This document shows positions 37,258 to 48,288 of a stretch of DNA of 64,000 nt, one piece after another. The stretch comes from Anthoceros angustus. Taxonomy: Eukaryota > Plantae > Anthocerotophyta. Where the stretch lies: the NCBI GenBank assembly GCA_010909165.1, contig VJWM01000255.1, positions 1-64,000 of the forward strand, read 5' to 3'. The notes below the pieces were generated by a model. It did not search any database, was not told the origin of the DNA, and saw nothing but the letters and a program-made list of their open reading frames with translations. Both the position numbers and the translations under genes were made by a program. Within the stretch, counting starts at the first letter, position 1, and every line of letters starts with the position of its first letter.

Positions 37258-39696
37258 ATGGCTGGGGGAAGCGTTGGAGTTGAGTCACTCCAATGGAAAC
37301 AGGATCCGTTGTGGGGAGAGGTTCTGAGGACCAAAAGAATTGGTAGATCAAGAGGTGCTGTGGGAAGTGCTTCAGCTCGCCTGCCTTCAAGGAAAAAACC
37401 GCTGGAAAACAACGGAATCGCGAGGTGCAGCACCTTTACAACAAAGCCAGCTGCATCCAGTCAGATTCTTCCAAAAGGACGTATGGCTGGAAACAGGGAT
37501 GATGGGCATGTGGCTTCTATGGATAGGCGGATTGGTGGTTGTGCTCCTGACGGGCCTGTGGGCTACGAAATGGGTATGACTTCTGAAAGCGTGATGAAAC
37601 TATGTCAGCAGGGGCAGCTGGCTGAGGCGGTCGAGGCTCTGGGAGTTCTGGTGCACACAGGTTGTTGTATCTCCAAATTGCTCTTCTACTCTATCCTGAA
37701 GAGATGTGAAGTTAAGAAGGATCTCGTTCTAGGTCGCCGCGTTCATGCTTTCGTGGTGAAATTGAGCCACCAGTCGGATACGTTCCTGTGCAACCATATC
37801 CTGCGGATGTATGCTTCCCACGGCAGGTTGCAAGACGCGATGGATGTGTTCACCGGGGTTGCCAACCCAGATGCCTTTATGTGGTCTTCCATCATTTCTG
37901 CGCATGTGAAACATGGTCAAGATAAGCAAGCCATACAACTGTATCATCGCATGCGCAGGTCAAGTGTGAAGCCAGATGGCCATGTTTTTGTGGCAGCCCT
38001 TCAGGCTTGTGCAAGGGGACAGGACTTGAAAACTGGGCAGCAGGTGCATGCTGATGTGTCGGCCACTGGGGTGGAGCCTCATTTGTTTGTCTGTAATTGC
38101 TTGGTGGACATGTATGCAAAGTGTGGCAGCTTGGAAGATGCTCGGAGAGTCTTTGATGGGCTCGGTAAAAAAGACGTTGTGACTTGGAATGCCATGATAG
38201 CAGGATACTCGCAACAGGGTATGGTCCAGGAGGCCCTTGGTCTTTATAGTGCTATGCAAGAAGAAGGCATAAGCATGACTGTACCCAATTGTGTGACATT
38301 CGCTTCCCTCCTGCAGGGATGTGCATCTGTGGGTGTCCCGGCTTTGGAGAACGGGAGGCAGCTTCACACACAGATTAGGGAACGAGGCCATCATGCTGAT
38401 GTGTTTCTTGCCAGCAGTTTGGTAAACATGTATGCTAAGTGTGGCAGCTTGGACGATGCTCAGCAAGTGTTTGATGGGCTTGGTGAAAAAAATGTGGTGA
38501 CATGGACTGCCATGATAGCAGGGTATTCCCAGCAGGGCATGGGACAGGAAGCCCTTCGTGTTTACAGTGCTATGCAAGAAGAAGGCATCGATGCACCCAA
38601 CTCTGTGACATTTGTGTGCCTCCTGCAGGCATGTGCAAATGTGGGCAACCCGGCATTGGAGAAGGGGAAGCAGCTTCATATGCAACTCAGAGAGCAAGGA
38701 CATGAAGCTGATTTGTTTGTAGCCAACAGTTTGGTAAATATGTATGCAAAGTGTGGCAGCTTGGACGATGCCCAGAAAGTATTTGATGGGCTTGGTGAAA
38801 AAGATGTGGTGACGTGGAATGCCATGATAGCAGGGTATTCCCAGCAGAGCATGCTCCACAAAGGCCTTCGTCTTTACAGTGACATGCAAGGAGGAGGCAT
38901 GGCTGTACCTGATGCTGCCACATTTGTATGTCTTCTGCAAGCATGTGCAAACGCGGCTGCATTGCATGTGGGAAGGCAGCTTCATGTACAAATTCAAGAA
39001 CAAGGGTTGCAAACTCAATTGCCAGTAGGTAATAGTTTAATAAACATGTACGCAAAGTCTGGGAGCATGGTTGATGCACAACTGGTGTTCGATACAATGT
39101 CTGAAAGAGATGTTGTCACCTGGAGTGCACTGATTGCAGGGTACACCTGTCAAGGAGACAGTGAAGTGGTTTTTCACTTGGTTCACAGAATGAAAGAGGA
39201 CGGCGTACAGCCAGTCGGCATCACATTCATCAGTCTACTAACAGTGTGCAGTCATGCGGGTTTAGTGAACCAGGGATGGGAGTACTTTAACGCCATGAGC
39301 AGACACTACGGCATGACTCCCACCGTGGAGCACTACATATGCCTGGTGGATCTCCTGGGCCGTGCAGGCGAACTGGATGAGGCACTAGCTGTGGTAAGAA
39401 CAATACCTATGCAGCGTAATGCTGCAGTTTGGCACACACTGTTAGGTTCGTGTCGAAAGTGGGGCAACGTAGAGGTGGGACAGCATGCTTTCAATGAGGC
39501 AATGAAACTCGACAAAAAAGATGCTGCAGCATATGTGCTGATGTCCAACATATACACCGATGCCCAGATGTGGGAGCAGGCGCAGGAGATGCAGGCCAAG
39601 AGAATAGGAATCGGAGCATGGAAGCAACCTGGTCAGAGCTGGTGGACAGACATGGACGGACTGGTGCATAGGTTTTTGGTTGGGGAGAGGGGATGA
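37258..39696 (+). CDS. PLS-class pentatricopeptide repeat protein with E domain, no intact DYW
   Basis: Repeated P-L-S triplets (LVDMYAKCGSLEDA..VFD.L..K.VVTW.AMIAGYSQQG); ends in the E region WKQPGQSWWTD..G.VHRFLVGE. Confidence 0.95.
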   Translation: MAGGSVGVESLQWKQDPLWGEVLRTKRIGRSRGAVGSASARLPSRKKPLENNGIARCSTFTTKPAASSQILPKGRMAGNRDDGHVASMDRRIGGCAPDGPVGYEMGMTSESVMKLCQQGQLAEAVEALGVLVHTGCCISKLLFYSILKRCEVKKDLVLGRRVHAFVVKLSHQSDTFLCNHILRMYASHGRLQDAMDVFTGVANPDAFMWSSIISAHVKHGQDKQAIQLYHRMRRSSVKPDGHVFVAALQACARGQDLKTGQQVHADVSATGVEPHLFVCNCLVDMYAKCGSLEDARRVFDGLGKKDVVTWNAMIAGYSQQGMVQEALGLYSAMQEEGISMTVPNCVTFASLLQGCASVGVPALENGRQLHTQIRERGHHADVFLASSLVNMYAKCGSLDDAQQVFDGLGEKNVVTWTAMIAGYSQQGMGQEALRVYSAMQEEGIDAPNSVTFVCLLQACANVGNPALEKGKQLHMQLREQGHEADLFVANSLVNMYAKCGSLDDAQKVFDGLGEKDVVTWNAMIAGYSQQSMLHKGLRLYSDMQGGGMAVPDAATFVCLLQACANAAALHVGRQLHVQIQEQGLQTQLPVGNSLINMYAKSGSMVDAQLVFDTMSERDVVTWSALIAGYTCQGDSEVVFHLVHRMKEDGVQPVGITFISLLTVCSHAGLVNQGWEYFNAMSRHYGMTPTVEHYICLVDLLGRAGELDEALAVVRTIPMQRNAAVWHTLLGSCRKWGNVEVGQHAFNEAMKLDKKDAAAYVLMSNIYTDAQMWEQAQEMQAKRIGIGAWKQPGQSWWTDMDGLVHRFLVGERG

Positions 39697-39848
39697 AACT
39701 CCTCTTCTGCAAATTGAAGAGGATGCGGATATTTGTTTCCATCACTGGGAAAGCCATCCGACAGTGGGAACAGCCATCCATCAGTGCAAACGGGCTGCAA
39801 TTGCAGCTTCATGGATGGTTCAATCTGGGCATGAGACTTCTTCTTGGA

Positions 39849-39965
39849 ATCGCTACAGGTCGGGCTATCTTGAAATCGCCACGGCTCGGGCTACCTTGGA
39901 GTCGCCACAGCTCGGGCTATCTTGGAGTCGCCACAGCTCGGGCTATCTTGGAATCACCACAGCTC
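39849..39965. repeat. 26-bp tandem repeat GTCGCCACAGCTCGGGCTATCTTGGA x~4.5
   Basis: Directly visible. Confidence 0.9.
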
Positions 39966-40323
39966 CCATGATTTTAGGTGTTCAAACCACGTAGGAATCC
40001 ATCCCCACAAATGCAGTCACTTTCAACAAAGTACCCAAGGTCGCTTGGGTTGGTGATAAAGCCTGAGTGCAAATGTGAGGCAGCCCAATCCAGGCGTTTA
40101 GAGCATATTTTGATTCATGGCTGATTCATGCCTGAATCGACCCTCGATACAGCTACCACACTGTCTCACAATATGGTCGGAGGTGACTCAAATTGGATTA
40201 ATGCGTATGGAAAGAGGGATCACGGAGGTGTCAAAAAGCGGGATCACGGAAGTGCCTCAGAATTACGGACCTATTTGGAATCCTTATCCCACATCTGCAG
40301 CAAAGGCAAGGGACATTATATGT

Positions 40324-40446
40324 GATCACGAGGAGACCATAAATTATCCTTATATAAAATCACCAGGAGACCATAAATTATCCTTATATAAGATCACGAG
40401 GAGACTATAAATTATCCCTATATAAGATTACGAGGAGACCATAAAT
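40324..40446. repeat. 34-bp tandem repeat GATCACGAGGAGACCATAAATTATCCTTATATAA x~3.6
   Basis: Directly visible. Confidence 0.9.
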
Positions 40447-40744
40447 CGTCCCCGCCTATCCCCGCCTGTCCATGCGAGCAGCAAGTTGCTCAGTTTCCAA
40501 GTGTGTAAGGCATGATGGAAACTTGGCTGTGCGATATGCCTTGAATACCGGACAATTTCAATTATGCTTCAAAATGCCATGGGACTACCGATTGCATTTT
40601 GTATTTGAACGTCTCTATAATATATTGGGTATAGATTGCCGGCTTCCCATGGACAGCCGGTGGCATCGATTGCTTCAACTTACAAATTGTTTTAAGGTCA
40701 TTTCATATAGAGTTATCTATTTATCGGAATTTCAAGTGTAGGAG

Positions 40745-41600
40745 TACTTCATCGGCGAGCGGGCGCCTTCCGAGCGGGCGGGCGGTGCGGTGCGGCATAA
40801 GCGGACGGGCGGTGCGAGTGGCGCGGGCGGGCGGGAGGCGGCGGCGGCGGTCCGGATCGCGAGCCAAACGCGGGCGGGAGGTGACCGGCGCGGCGCGGAG
40901 TGGTCTCAGTGCGGGCGGCGGCGGGAGGCGGCGAGGCGGCGGGCGCGGGAGGCGGCGGGAGGCGGCGGGAGCGAGCGGCGCCTTCCGTGGGCGAGGCGGT
41001 CGCAGGCGGCGGGAGGCGGTCGCAGGCGAGGCGGCGAGCGGCGCGGGCGGGCGCGGGAGGCGGCGGTGCGGTGCGGCGGGCGGGAGGCGAGCGGGCGGTG
41101 GCGCGGGCGGTGCGGAGGTGGCGAGTGGATGCGAGAGGGGCAGTGCGGGCGGGCGGCAGGCAGTGCAGCTGCAGTGGCAGGCACTTGTCTGTGGACGGGA
41201 CGAGGCGAGGCGGTCGCGGGCGCGTGCGGAGGTGGCCTTGATGTCGAGCAAGCGTTGTGGCGAGTGGATGCGAGTGGGCGCGTGCGGTCTGGCGGGCAGT
41301 TGCAGTCTGGCGCGGTTTTGGTGTGGAAGCGGGCGTGGCGGTGCAGGGGCAGTGCGGGCGGCGGGGCCCCGTCTGACCTTCCGTGGGCGGGCGGGCGGGA
41401 GGCGGCGAGAGGGGCAGTGTCCGGGACGGCGGGCGCGGCGGTGCGGAGGTAGGGTGTGCGGAGGTAGGGTGGGCAAGGTGGCCGGAGTCGGGCAGACAGT
41501 GCAGGGGCCCTAGTTGCCTATGGCTCTAGGCGGCGGCGGGCGGTGGCGGTCAGGCGGGCAGGCGGTGTGCCACCGGGGTTGCGGCCGGTGCGTATTTTGC
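40745..41600. repeat. Very GC-rich, G-skewed low-complexity tract
   Basis: Runs of GGCGGCGGGCGC/GGCGGGAGGCGG; the long ORFs called here are compositional artefacts. Confidence 0.85.
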
Positions 41601-41759
41601 TGCGGTGGCGGTGGGAATTTATTTTTCCCCGATTTAATTGAGTTTCTTTTCGGTAGCTGGTGGATTTCCTACCCACAGCTTTTGATTGCGAGTTGCAAGT
41701 GCGGGCGCTAGTTTAGTGGGTCGGCAGTGGTTCTGAGGGTTGCAGTCTCTCTAGGCAGG

Positions 41760-43640
41760 GCTCTTGGGCCGGCCTTTTGGGATTCGCCATAAGGAGCTCA
41801 CACTCCGTATGTCCGGTAAAGGCTGGGGTCGTTTTGTCCCCGGTCCCCGGTACCTCCTCGGCCCTGTCACCCTCCAATTGGCGTTTGCGGGCTCTTTTAG
41901 TACCCTACCCAATTGGGCGGTCTACACCTTCTATGGTATCGAGGACACTCGTGTCACAGCTCAACTCTGCATCAAGGGGTGAAAACCCACACTGGGCACA
42001 TGCATAAAGATTTCGACGAGACTACATGGGCTGCCCAAGTGCACATTGCGACCTCCTCCAGTTCTGCAGTGCAGGCTCCGGCGTCCAGTATCATCCTCCC
42101 TGGGGTGCCTCTCTCTTCTTGCGAATGGTTGCGGGGCCAGCTGGATCACATCCTTGGGATGTTTGAAACCCGCTTTCCATGCTCGCGCATCTTCCGCAAG
42201 CTTCCCCGCCACCTTCATGATGATGCCCGTTTGGCGTTCCGTCTTCCCTTGGATCTCCTTGCGCTCGATCCCCAGGACGAGTTAGCTTGGTGCCTTCTCC
42301 TGCTTCTCCCCTGGTGGTGCCTTCGGTGTACTAAGGGTGGGGCTTCTGGGCATCGGGAAGTTGCTAGCCGTCTTCGGCGCTTTCGGGCTGGTGACTGGGC
42401 ATCCCTCCAGGAGGAGGCTTTGCGTGCTGCCAAGGCTCGGGCGGAATCCGCACAGCAGTTGGAACAGGTCCCGGGTAATGCAACAAACCTGCGTCGTTGC
42501 AAGTTGCTTGGCCAGGCAGGTGAATATGCTCGCGCTGCCAGGGCTCTTCGACCCCTCCCCCTGGCCCCCGCTTTTGAAGAGACCATTGTTGCCCTCCGTG
42601 CCCTCCATCCAGCACCCAAGGATGCCATCCCCCCGGACATATCCGACTATGTCCCGGAGGATCCCTTCTCCCTGGATCGGGCAGCTTTTGCTCTGGCATT
42701 CTCTATGACCCCACGTCTTTCATCTGCTGGGTTGTCAGGAATGGTATTTGAACACCTCAGGGACCTTTTTCTCCCCGAAGATCCATCTAGTGGCTTCCCG
42801 AGCTCTTTTCTCGCCGTGGTGGCTCGGGGTGAGGCACTCTTGGATTTCCCATGTTCTTGCGGCTAGCGGGCTTGTCGCTATGGACAAGCACCCCTTGTCG
42901 CCACTCATGATCGGAAAAGCCTTTATGCGGCTACTCAACCTGTTGCCTTCGGTGATGCTCCCTTCTCCGGTGACATCTCAACCCCTTCAATTTGGCATTG
43001 CCTGCCGGGGGAGTCTTTGGTGCTTGGGTGAAGGCATACCTTGATACCTAGCAGGGTGGGGTGTCGGTTGATGTCGAGAACGCCTTCAATACCATCTCTA
43101 GGGCGTCATCTTGAGGAGCTTAGGGATCTTGGCGGCGTCTGGGGGCCTTATACCTTTTGTCCGGTGCTTCTACGGGAGGTCCTCCAACCTCTACTACCAG
43201 CACAAGAACCTCTCTTCAGGATTTGCTGTCTCTGTCTTGGAATCGGCCACAGGTACCAGGCAAGGCGACCCCCTAGGCGGTGCTCTCTTCGCCATTGCTC
43301 ACTATAGGGCCCTATCTAGGGCCGCCTTCTCAGCGCGCGACTGTGTCTTCCCTTCGCTGGCAGACGATTCTCACATCCTCGGGCCTGGGGACAAAGTCAA
43401 GGAGGCCTTTGAGCTCTTCTCTCATGAGCTTTCTTTGGTGGGCTTGAAGGTCAAGCTGTCCAAGTGCCTCGTCCCGGTCTCCATCGGGATTACGCCTGCT
43501 GGGTTTCCGGGGGAGATTGCTCGGCTTTGGGATCTGGATTCTAGGGTCCCTTCGGTTCCTGACTTCATCGGAGCTTCTGGACGGGCTCTCGCAGGCACAT
43601 CCCATATCGAGAGGTCCTCTGCGAGACTCTTGATGCGAGA
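41760..43640 (+). mobile_element. CRE-like non-LTR retrotransposon fragment (reverse transcriptase), 3'-truncated
   Basis: N-terminal zinc-finger-like segment, then RT motifs PLQFGIA, VDVENAFNTISR, TGTRQGDPLGGALF, SLADDSHILG, GLKVKLSKC. Confidence 0.85.
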
Positions 43641-44427
43641 GGGTGTTTTACAAAACCTCTTTTGCAAATCCCCCAATATTTACAACGTCTAAACACCTCC
43701 GTTGTAAATTGGTTTAAGTTTCGCTGATGTGGCAAGTTTTAAGACTCGGTTTACAACGGGGGTTTCTAGTTGGATAATGTGGCACTCTTTTGGGTGCTCA
43801 TTTACAACAACGGATTGATGACGTGGCTCCCACGTTGTAGATTACGTTGTAAAAGCCTTTTTTTCAAAATTTGATCTTTATTTTTCTAAAAATCTTTATT
43901 AACATCACTAATCACAAAAATATGATTGGAAGCCATTTACAACAGTATGCGATGACGTGGCTCCCTTGTTGTAGATTACGTTGTAAAAGCCTTTTTCTCA
44001 AAATTTGTTCTTTATTTCTTCAAAACTCTTTGTTATTATTATTAATCACAAAAATATGATTGGAGGCCATTTACAACAGCGATTGATGACGTGGCTTCCT
44101 TCTTGTAGATTACGTTGTAAACACTTTTCTCAAAATGTGTTCTTTATTTTTTTAACTCTTTATTATTATTATTAATCACAAAAATATGATTGGAGGCCAT
44201 TTACAACATCGATTGATGACATACTACCGGACACCTTACCCGTCCGGTTAGGTGACATGGCGGCCACGTCAGCAACTTGATGACGTGGCAATCTTCCCTG
44301 CCACATCAGCATTTTTACAACCTAGTTAAGCTGTCAGTTTACAAACGTGTAAATGCCCGTTTTTACCTCGTGACGTTGTAAATTACGTTGTAAAATACGT
44401 TGTAAAACACCTGCAATTCTTGTAGTG
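43640..44427. mobile_element. CACTA right end with ~130-bp subterminal tandem repeats
   Basis: Ends ...ATTCTTGTAGTG (reverse complement CACTACAAGAAT); dense TTTACAAC/GTTGTAAA motifs. Confidence 0.85.
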
Positions 44428-44665
44428 TTGGTTTTTCACCTCAATAAAAACCCTCTCTTCATTAGATAGGCTATTAGTTCATGTGTGAGAATGTCTTGAT
44501 GTCGGTGTGAACAATTCCACATAGGTTAAGAGATGAGTCCATCGGATGTGAATACCATAGTGAATCGACATATAACGAATGTAGTTTTCATTTGTGTTTG
44601 TTCTGGTTGTGCACTTGGGAATCGCATTTTCAAAAGCTTTGGTTTTGTAACTACCTTCCCTTCAT

Positions 44666-45620
44666 TTTTGCTCTGGCATTCTCTATGACCCCACGTCTTT
44701 CATCTGCTTGGGTTGTCGGGAATGGTATTTGAACACCTCGGGGACCTTTTTCTCCCAGATCCATCTAGTGGCTTCCCGAGCTCTTTTCTCGCCGTGGTGG
44801 CTCGGGGTGAGGCACGCCTCTGGATTTCCCATGTTCTTGCGGCTAGCGGGCTTGTCGCTATGGACAAGCACTTACCTTCAGGCGTGCGCCCACTCGCGGT
44901 CGGAAAAGCCTTTATGCGGCTACTCAACCGCACTGTTGCCCTTCAGTGATGCTCCCTTCTCCAGCAGCATCTCAACCCCCTTCAATTTGGCATTGCCACA
45001 CCGGGGGGCTGTAAGTCTTTGGTGCTTGGAGTGAAGGCATACCTTGATACCTAACCGGAGTGGGTGGTCTGACAGGTTGATGTCGAGAACGCCTTCAATA
45101 CCATCTCTAGGAGCGTCATCTTCGAGGAGCTTAGGGATGCTGGCGGCGTCCTGGGGAGCCTTATACCTTTTGTCCGGTGCTTCTACGGAGGTCCTCCAAC
45201 CTCTACTACCGGACAAGAACCTCTCTTGAATTTCTTGTCTACATCTTGGAATCGGCCAGTACCGAGCGACCCCAGGCGGTGCTCTCTTCGCCATTGCTCA
45301 CTATAGGGCCCTATCTAGGGCCGCCTTCTCAGCGCGCGACTGTGTCTTCCCTTCGCTAGCAGACGATTATCACATCCTCGGGCCTGGGGACAAAGTCAAG
45401 GAGGCCTTTGAGCTCTTCTCTCATGAGCTTTCTTTGGTGGGCTTGAAGGTCAAACTGTCCAAGTGCCTCGTCTGGTCTCCATCGGGATTACGCCTACTTT
45501 GGATTTCCGATTACTCGGCTTTGGGGCTGGATTCTAGGGTCCCGGTTCCCACTTCAGCCGGAGCTTCTGGACGGGCTCGCACATCCCATATCGAGGACAG
45601 GTCCTCTGCGAGACTACTGG
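44666..45620 (+). mobile_element. Second copy of the CRE-like RT segment
   Basis: GVRPLAVGKAFMRLLNRTVALQ and LADD segments; duplicate of 42686-43640. Confidence 0.85.
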
Positions 45621-46392
45621 ATTGCGAGAGGGGTGTTTTACAAAACCTCTTTTGCAAATCCCCCAATATTTACAACGTCTAAACACCTCCGTTGTAAATT
45701 GGTTTAAGTTTCGCTGATGTGGCAAGTTTTAAGACTCGGTTTACGGGGTTTCTAGTTGGATAATGTGGCACTCTTTTGGGTGCTCATTTACAACAACGGA
45801 TTGATGACGTGGCTCACGTTGTAGATTACGTTGTAAAAGCCTTTTTCAAAATTTGATCTTTATTTTTCTAAAATCTTTATTAACATCACTAATCACAAAA
45901 ATATGATTGGAAGCCATTTACAACAGCATGACGTGGCTCCTTGTTGTAGATTACGTTGTAAAAGCCTTTTTCTCAAAATTTGTTCTTTATTTCTTCAAAA
46001 CTCTTTGTTATTATTATTAATCACAAAAATATGATTGGAGGCCATTTACAACAGCGATTGATGACGTGGCTTCCTTCTTGTAGATTACGTTGTAAACACT
46101 TTTCTCAAAATGTGTTCTTTATTTTTAACTCTTTATTATTATTAATCACAAAAATATGATTGGAGGCCATTTACAACATCGATTGATGACATACGGACAC
46201 CTTACCGTCCGGTTAGGTGACATATGGCGGCCACGTCAGCAACTTGATGACGTGGCAATCTTCCGCCACATCAGCATTTTTACAACCTAGTTAAGCTGTC
46301 AGTTTACAAACGTGTAAATGCCCGTTTTTACCTCGTGACGTTGTAAATTACGTTGTAAAATACGTTGTAAAACACCTGCAATTCTTGTAGTG
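45620..46392. mobile_element. Second copy of the CACTA right end
   Basis: Ends ...ATTCTTGTAGTG at 46392. Confidence 0.85.
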
Positions 46393-47511
46393 TTGGTTTT
46401 TCACCTCAATAAAAACCCTCTCTTCATTAGATAGGCTATTAGTTCATGTGTGAGAATGTCTTGATGTCGGTGTGAACAATTCACATAGGTTAAGAGATGA
46501 GTCCATCAGATGTGAATACCATAGTGAATCTGACATATAACGAATGTAGTTTTCATTTGTGTTTGTTCCTGGTTATTGCACTTGGGAATCGCATTTTCAA
46601 AAAAGCTTTGGTTTTGTAACTACCTTCCCCTTCATTTTTTGCTCTACTGCGACACGGGAAAAGATATGTAGAAAATTACAATAGAGCTCAGAACAACTAG
46701 TGTTCTAAGATTTCTCATTTCTTTTGTCAAAAAGCTTTTTTTTGTGCAACATGTTCTACCAAGGATTACAAAAAGACACCTTCAATATGAAAATGCTGTA
46801 GGTGACAGTCTTTGGGTTTACGAGTAGCGTTTTTTAATCCTTTGTAAAAAAAAACCCTTAAAAAGATATATTTATTTTAAAAGGGTAAAAATTGATTTTT
46901 TTTCCCGTCTCCAAAAAGTGGAGTGTGTCACTACTTGTAGGGAGACCTTGTTGTATGCTAAGTCAGGCATCTTGGACAATTATGAGCAAGCTACTCACTC
47001 CTAAGTTTTCCAGAGCCTTAAAATCAACCGGAGCCTAAGAATTGGAACCTGGTACGTATCCCTGAAGGCTTGGTCTTAAAATTTGTCTTTCCCTATCATT
47101 CATAGCATCCTAGCATATTCACATTCCAACTTTTAGAAACAAGAAATGTGCGAGTTTGATTCCATAAATTATATCGCCCATGCTGTAGTTGTAGTGCTAC
47201 TCATTTGGTCCAACAAGGTTAGTCCCTGAACGGAAACAATATTCACAAGGTAGATATAGAACATCACAGCATCTAGCCTATTCGTATGGAACAACTTCTA
47301 GAAACAAGAAATAGGGGAGTTCTATTCGAAGAAATTTGTATAGTGCATGTTGTAATTGCAGTGCTACTTACTCTTAAATTAACCGGAACCATAGAATCAG
47401 GCGAAGGCTGAATCATGGTATCGCTGAACACTTGGATCTTAAAATTGGTCTTTCCCCTTGAAGGGAATATTTGTGAGATGGGTAGCCATGGAGCATTCAC
47501 GGCATCCTAGC

Positions 47512-47720
47512 CCATTCGTATTCCAACTTTTATCATTCGCATTCCAATTTTTACCATTCACATTCCAATTTTTACCATTCGTATCTAATTTTTACCATTC
47601 GCATTCCCATTTTTACCATTTGCATTCCAACTTTTACCATTCGCATTCCGACTTTTATCATTTGCATTCCAACTTTTACCATTCGCATTCCAACTTCTAC
47701 CATTCGCATTCGGACTTTTG
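47512..47720. repeat. 21-bp tandem repeat CCATTCGCATTCCAACTTTTA x10
   Basis: Directly visible. Confidence 0.92.
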
Positions 47721-48288
47721 GAATAAAGAAAGTGGGAATCCGGTTCCGAGGGAGGGAATCCGGTTCCAACATGTCTTTACCCTGTACAGAGTATTGTCAA
47801 AGGCGATGTGACTTCCCCGTGAAGTGATGCTCGTACTTGATGTAAGAGCAGATGCAAGGAGGGAATTTGCATATTTAGCTTGTAATGCATTACTTGGTTC
47901 CCATGATAAGGTCAGCAATGTAAGATTCTTCGACAGGATCAAGTTGAGTTGGAGATAATCGGGGCAACTCTCGAAGTTGCTGCAGTCTACAGCAGATACG
48001 ATATTCCCTAAGGGTAAGGTATATGATTGGAGCAAACTTTTCTTCAGAACTGCAGGATCATGGCAAGCCTAAACATCCTGTTGTAACCAAATGTCCAAGC
48101 AAGCATAATCCAGATGAACATAAAGCTGTGGGATTCACCCACATGTCCAGTACGACACATCAAAGCAGAGAGGGAAACATGTGACACAACGATGTTAACG
48201 AGGAAATAGAAGGGATAGTTCTGTCGGTGCCGAAGGTTAGTTAGCTTGCTGCCCACTTGCTTTGCAGTGACCGAACCAAATGTAAGCA

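Larger units (their letters stand above)
42686..46645. repeat. Tandem duplication of a ~1.98 kb unit (42686-44665 and 44666-46645)
   Basis: Colinear copies covering the RT, the CACTA end and flank; TTTTGCTCT occurs at all three boundaries; the copies differ mostly by small indels. Confidence 0.92.

Noticed and set aside
37960-39018. 352-aa minus-strand ORF
   Set aside because: Antisense to the PPR coding region.
39849-40446. Short tandem repeats as a possible CRISPR array
   Set aside because: Units are head-to-tail without unique spacers and there are no cas genes; the same applies to 47512-47720.
40721-41513. Overlapping 220-251 aa ORFs on both strands
   Set aside because: Arg/Gly/Ala/Pro-rich products of a GC-rich low-complexity tract that lacks stop codons.
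46648-46935. Short inverted repeat ACGGGAAAA / TTTTCCCGT as a possible MITE
   Set aside because: Only 9 bp of match and no TSD identified.
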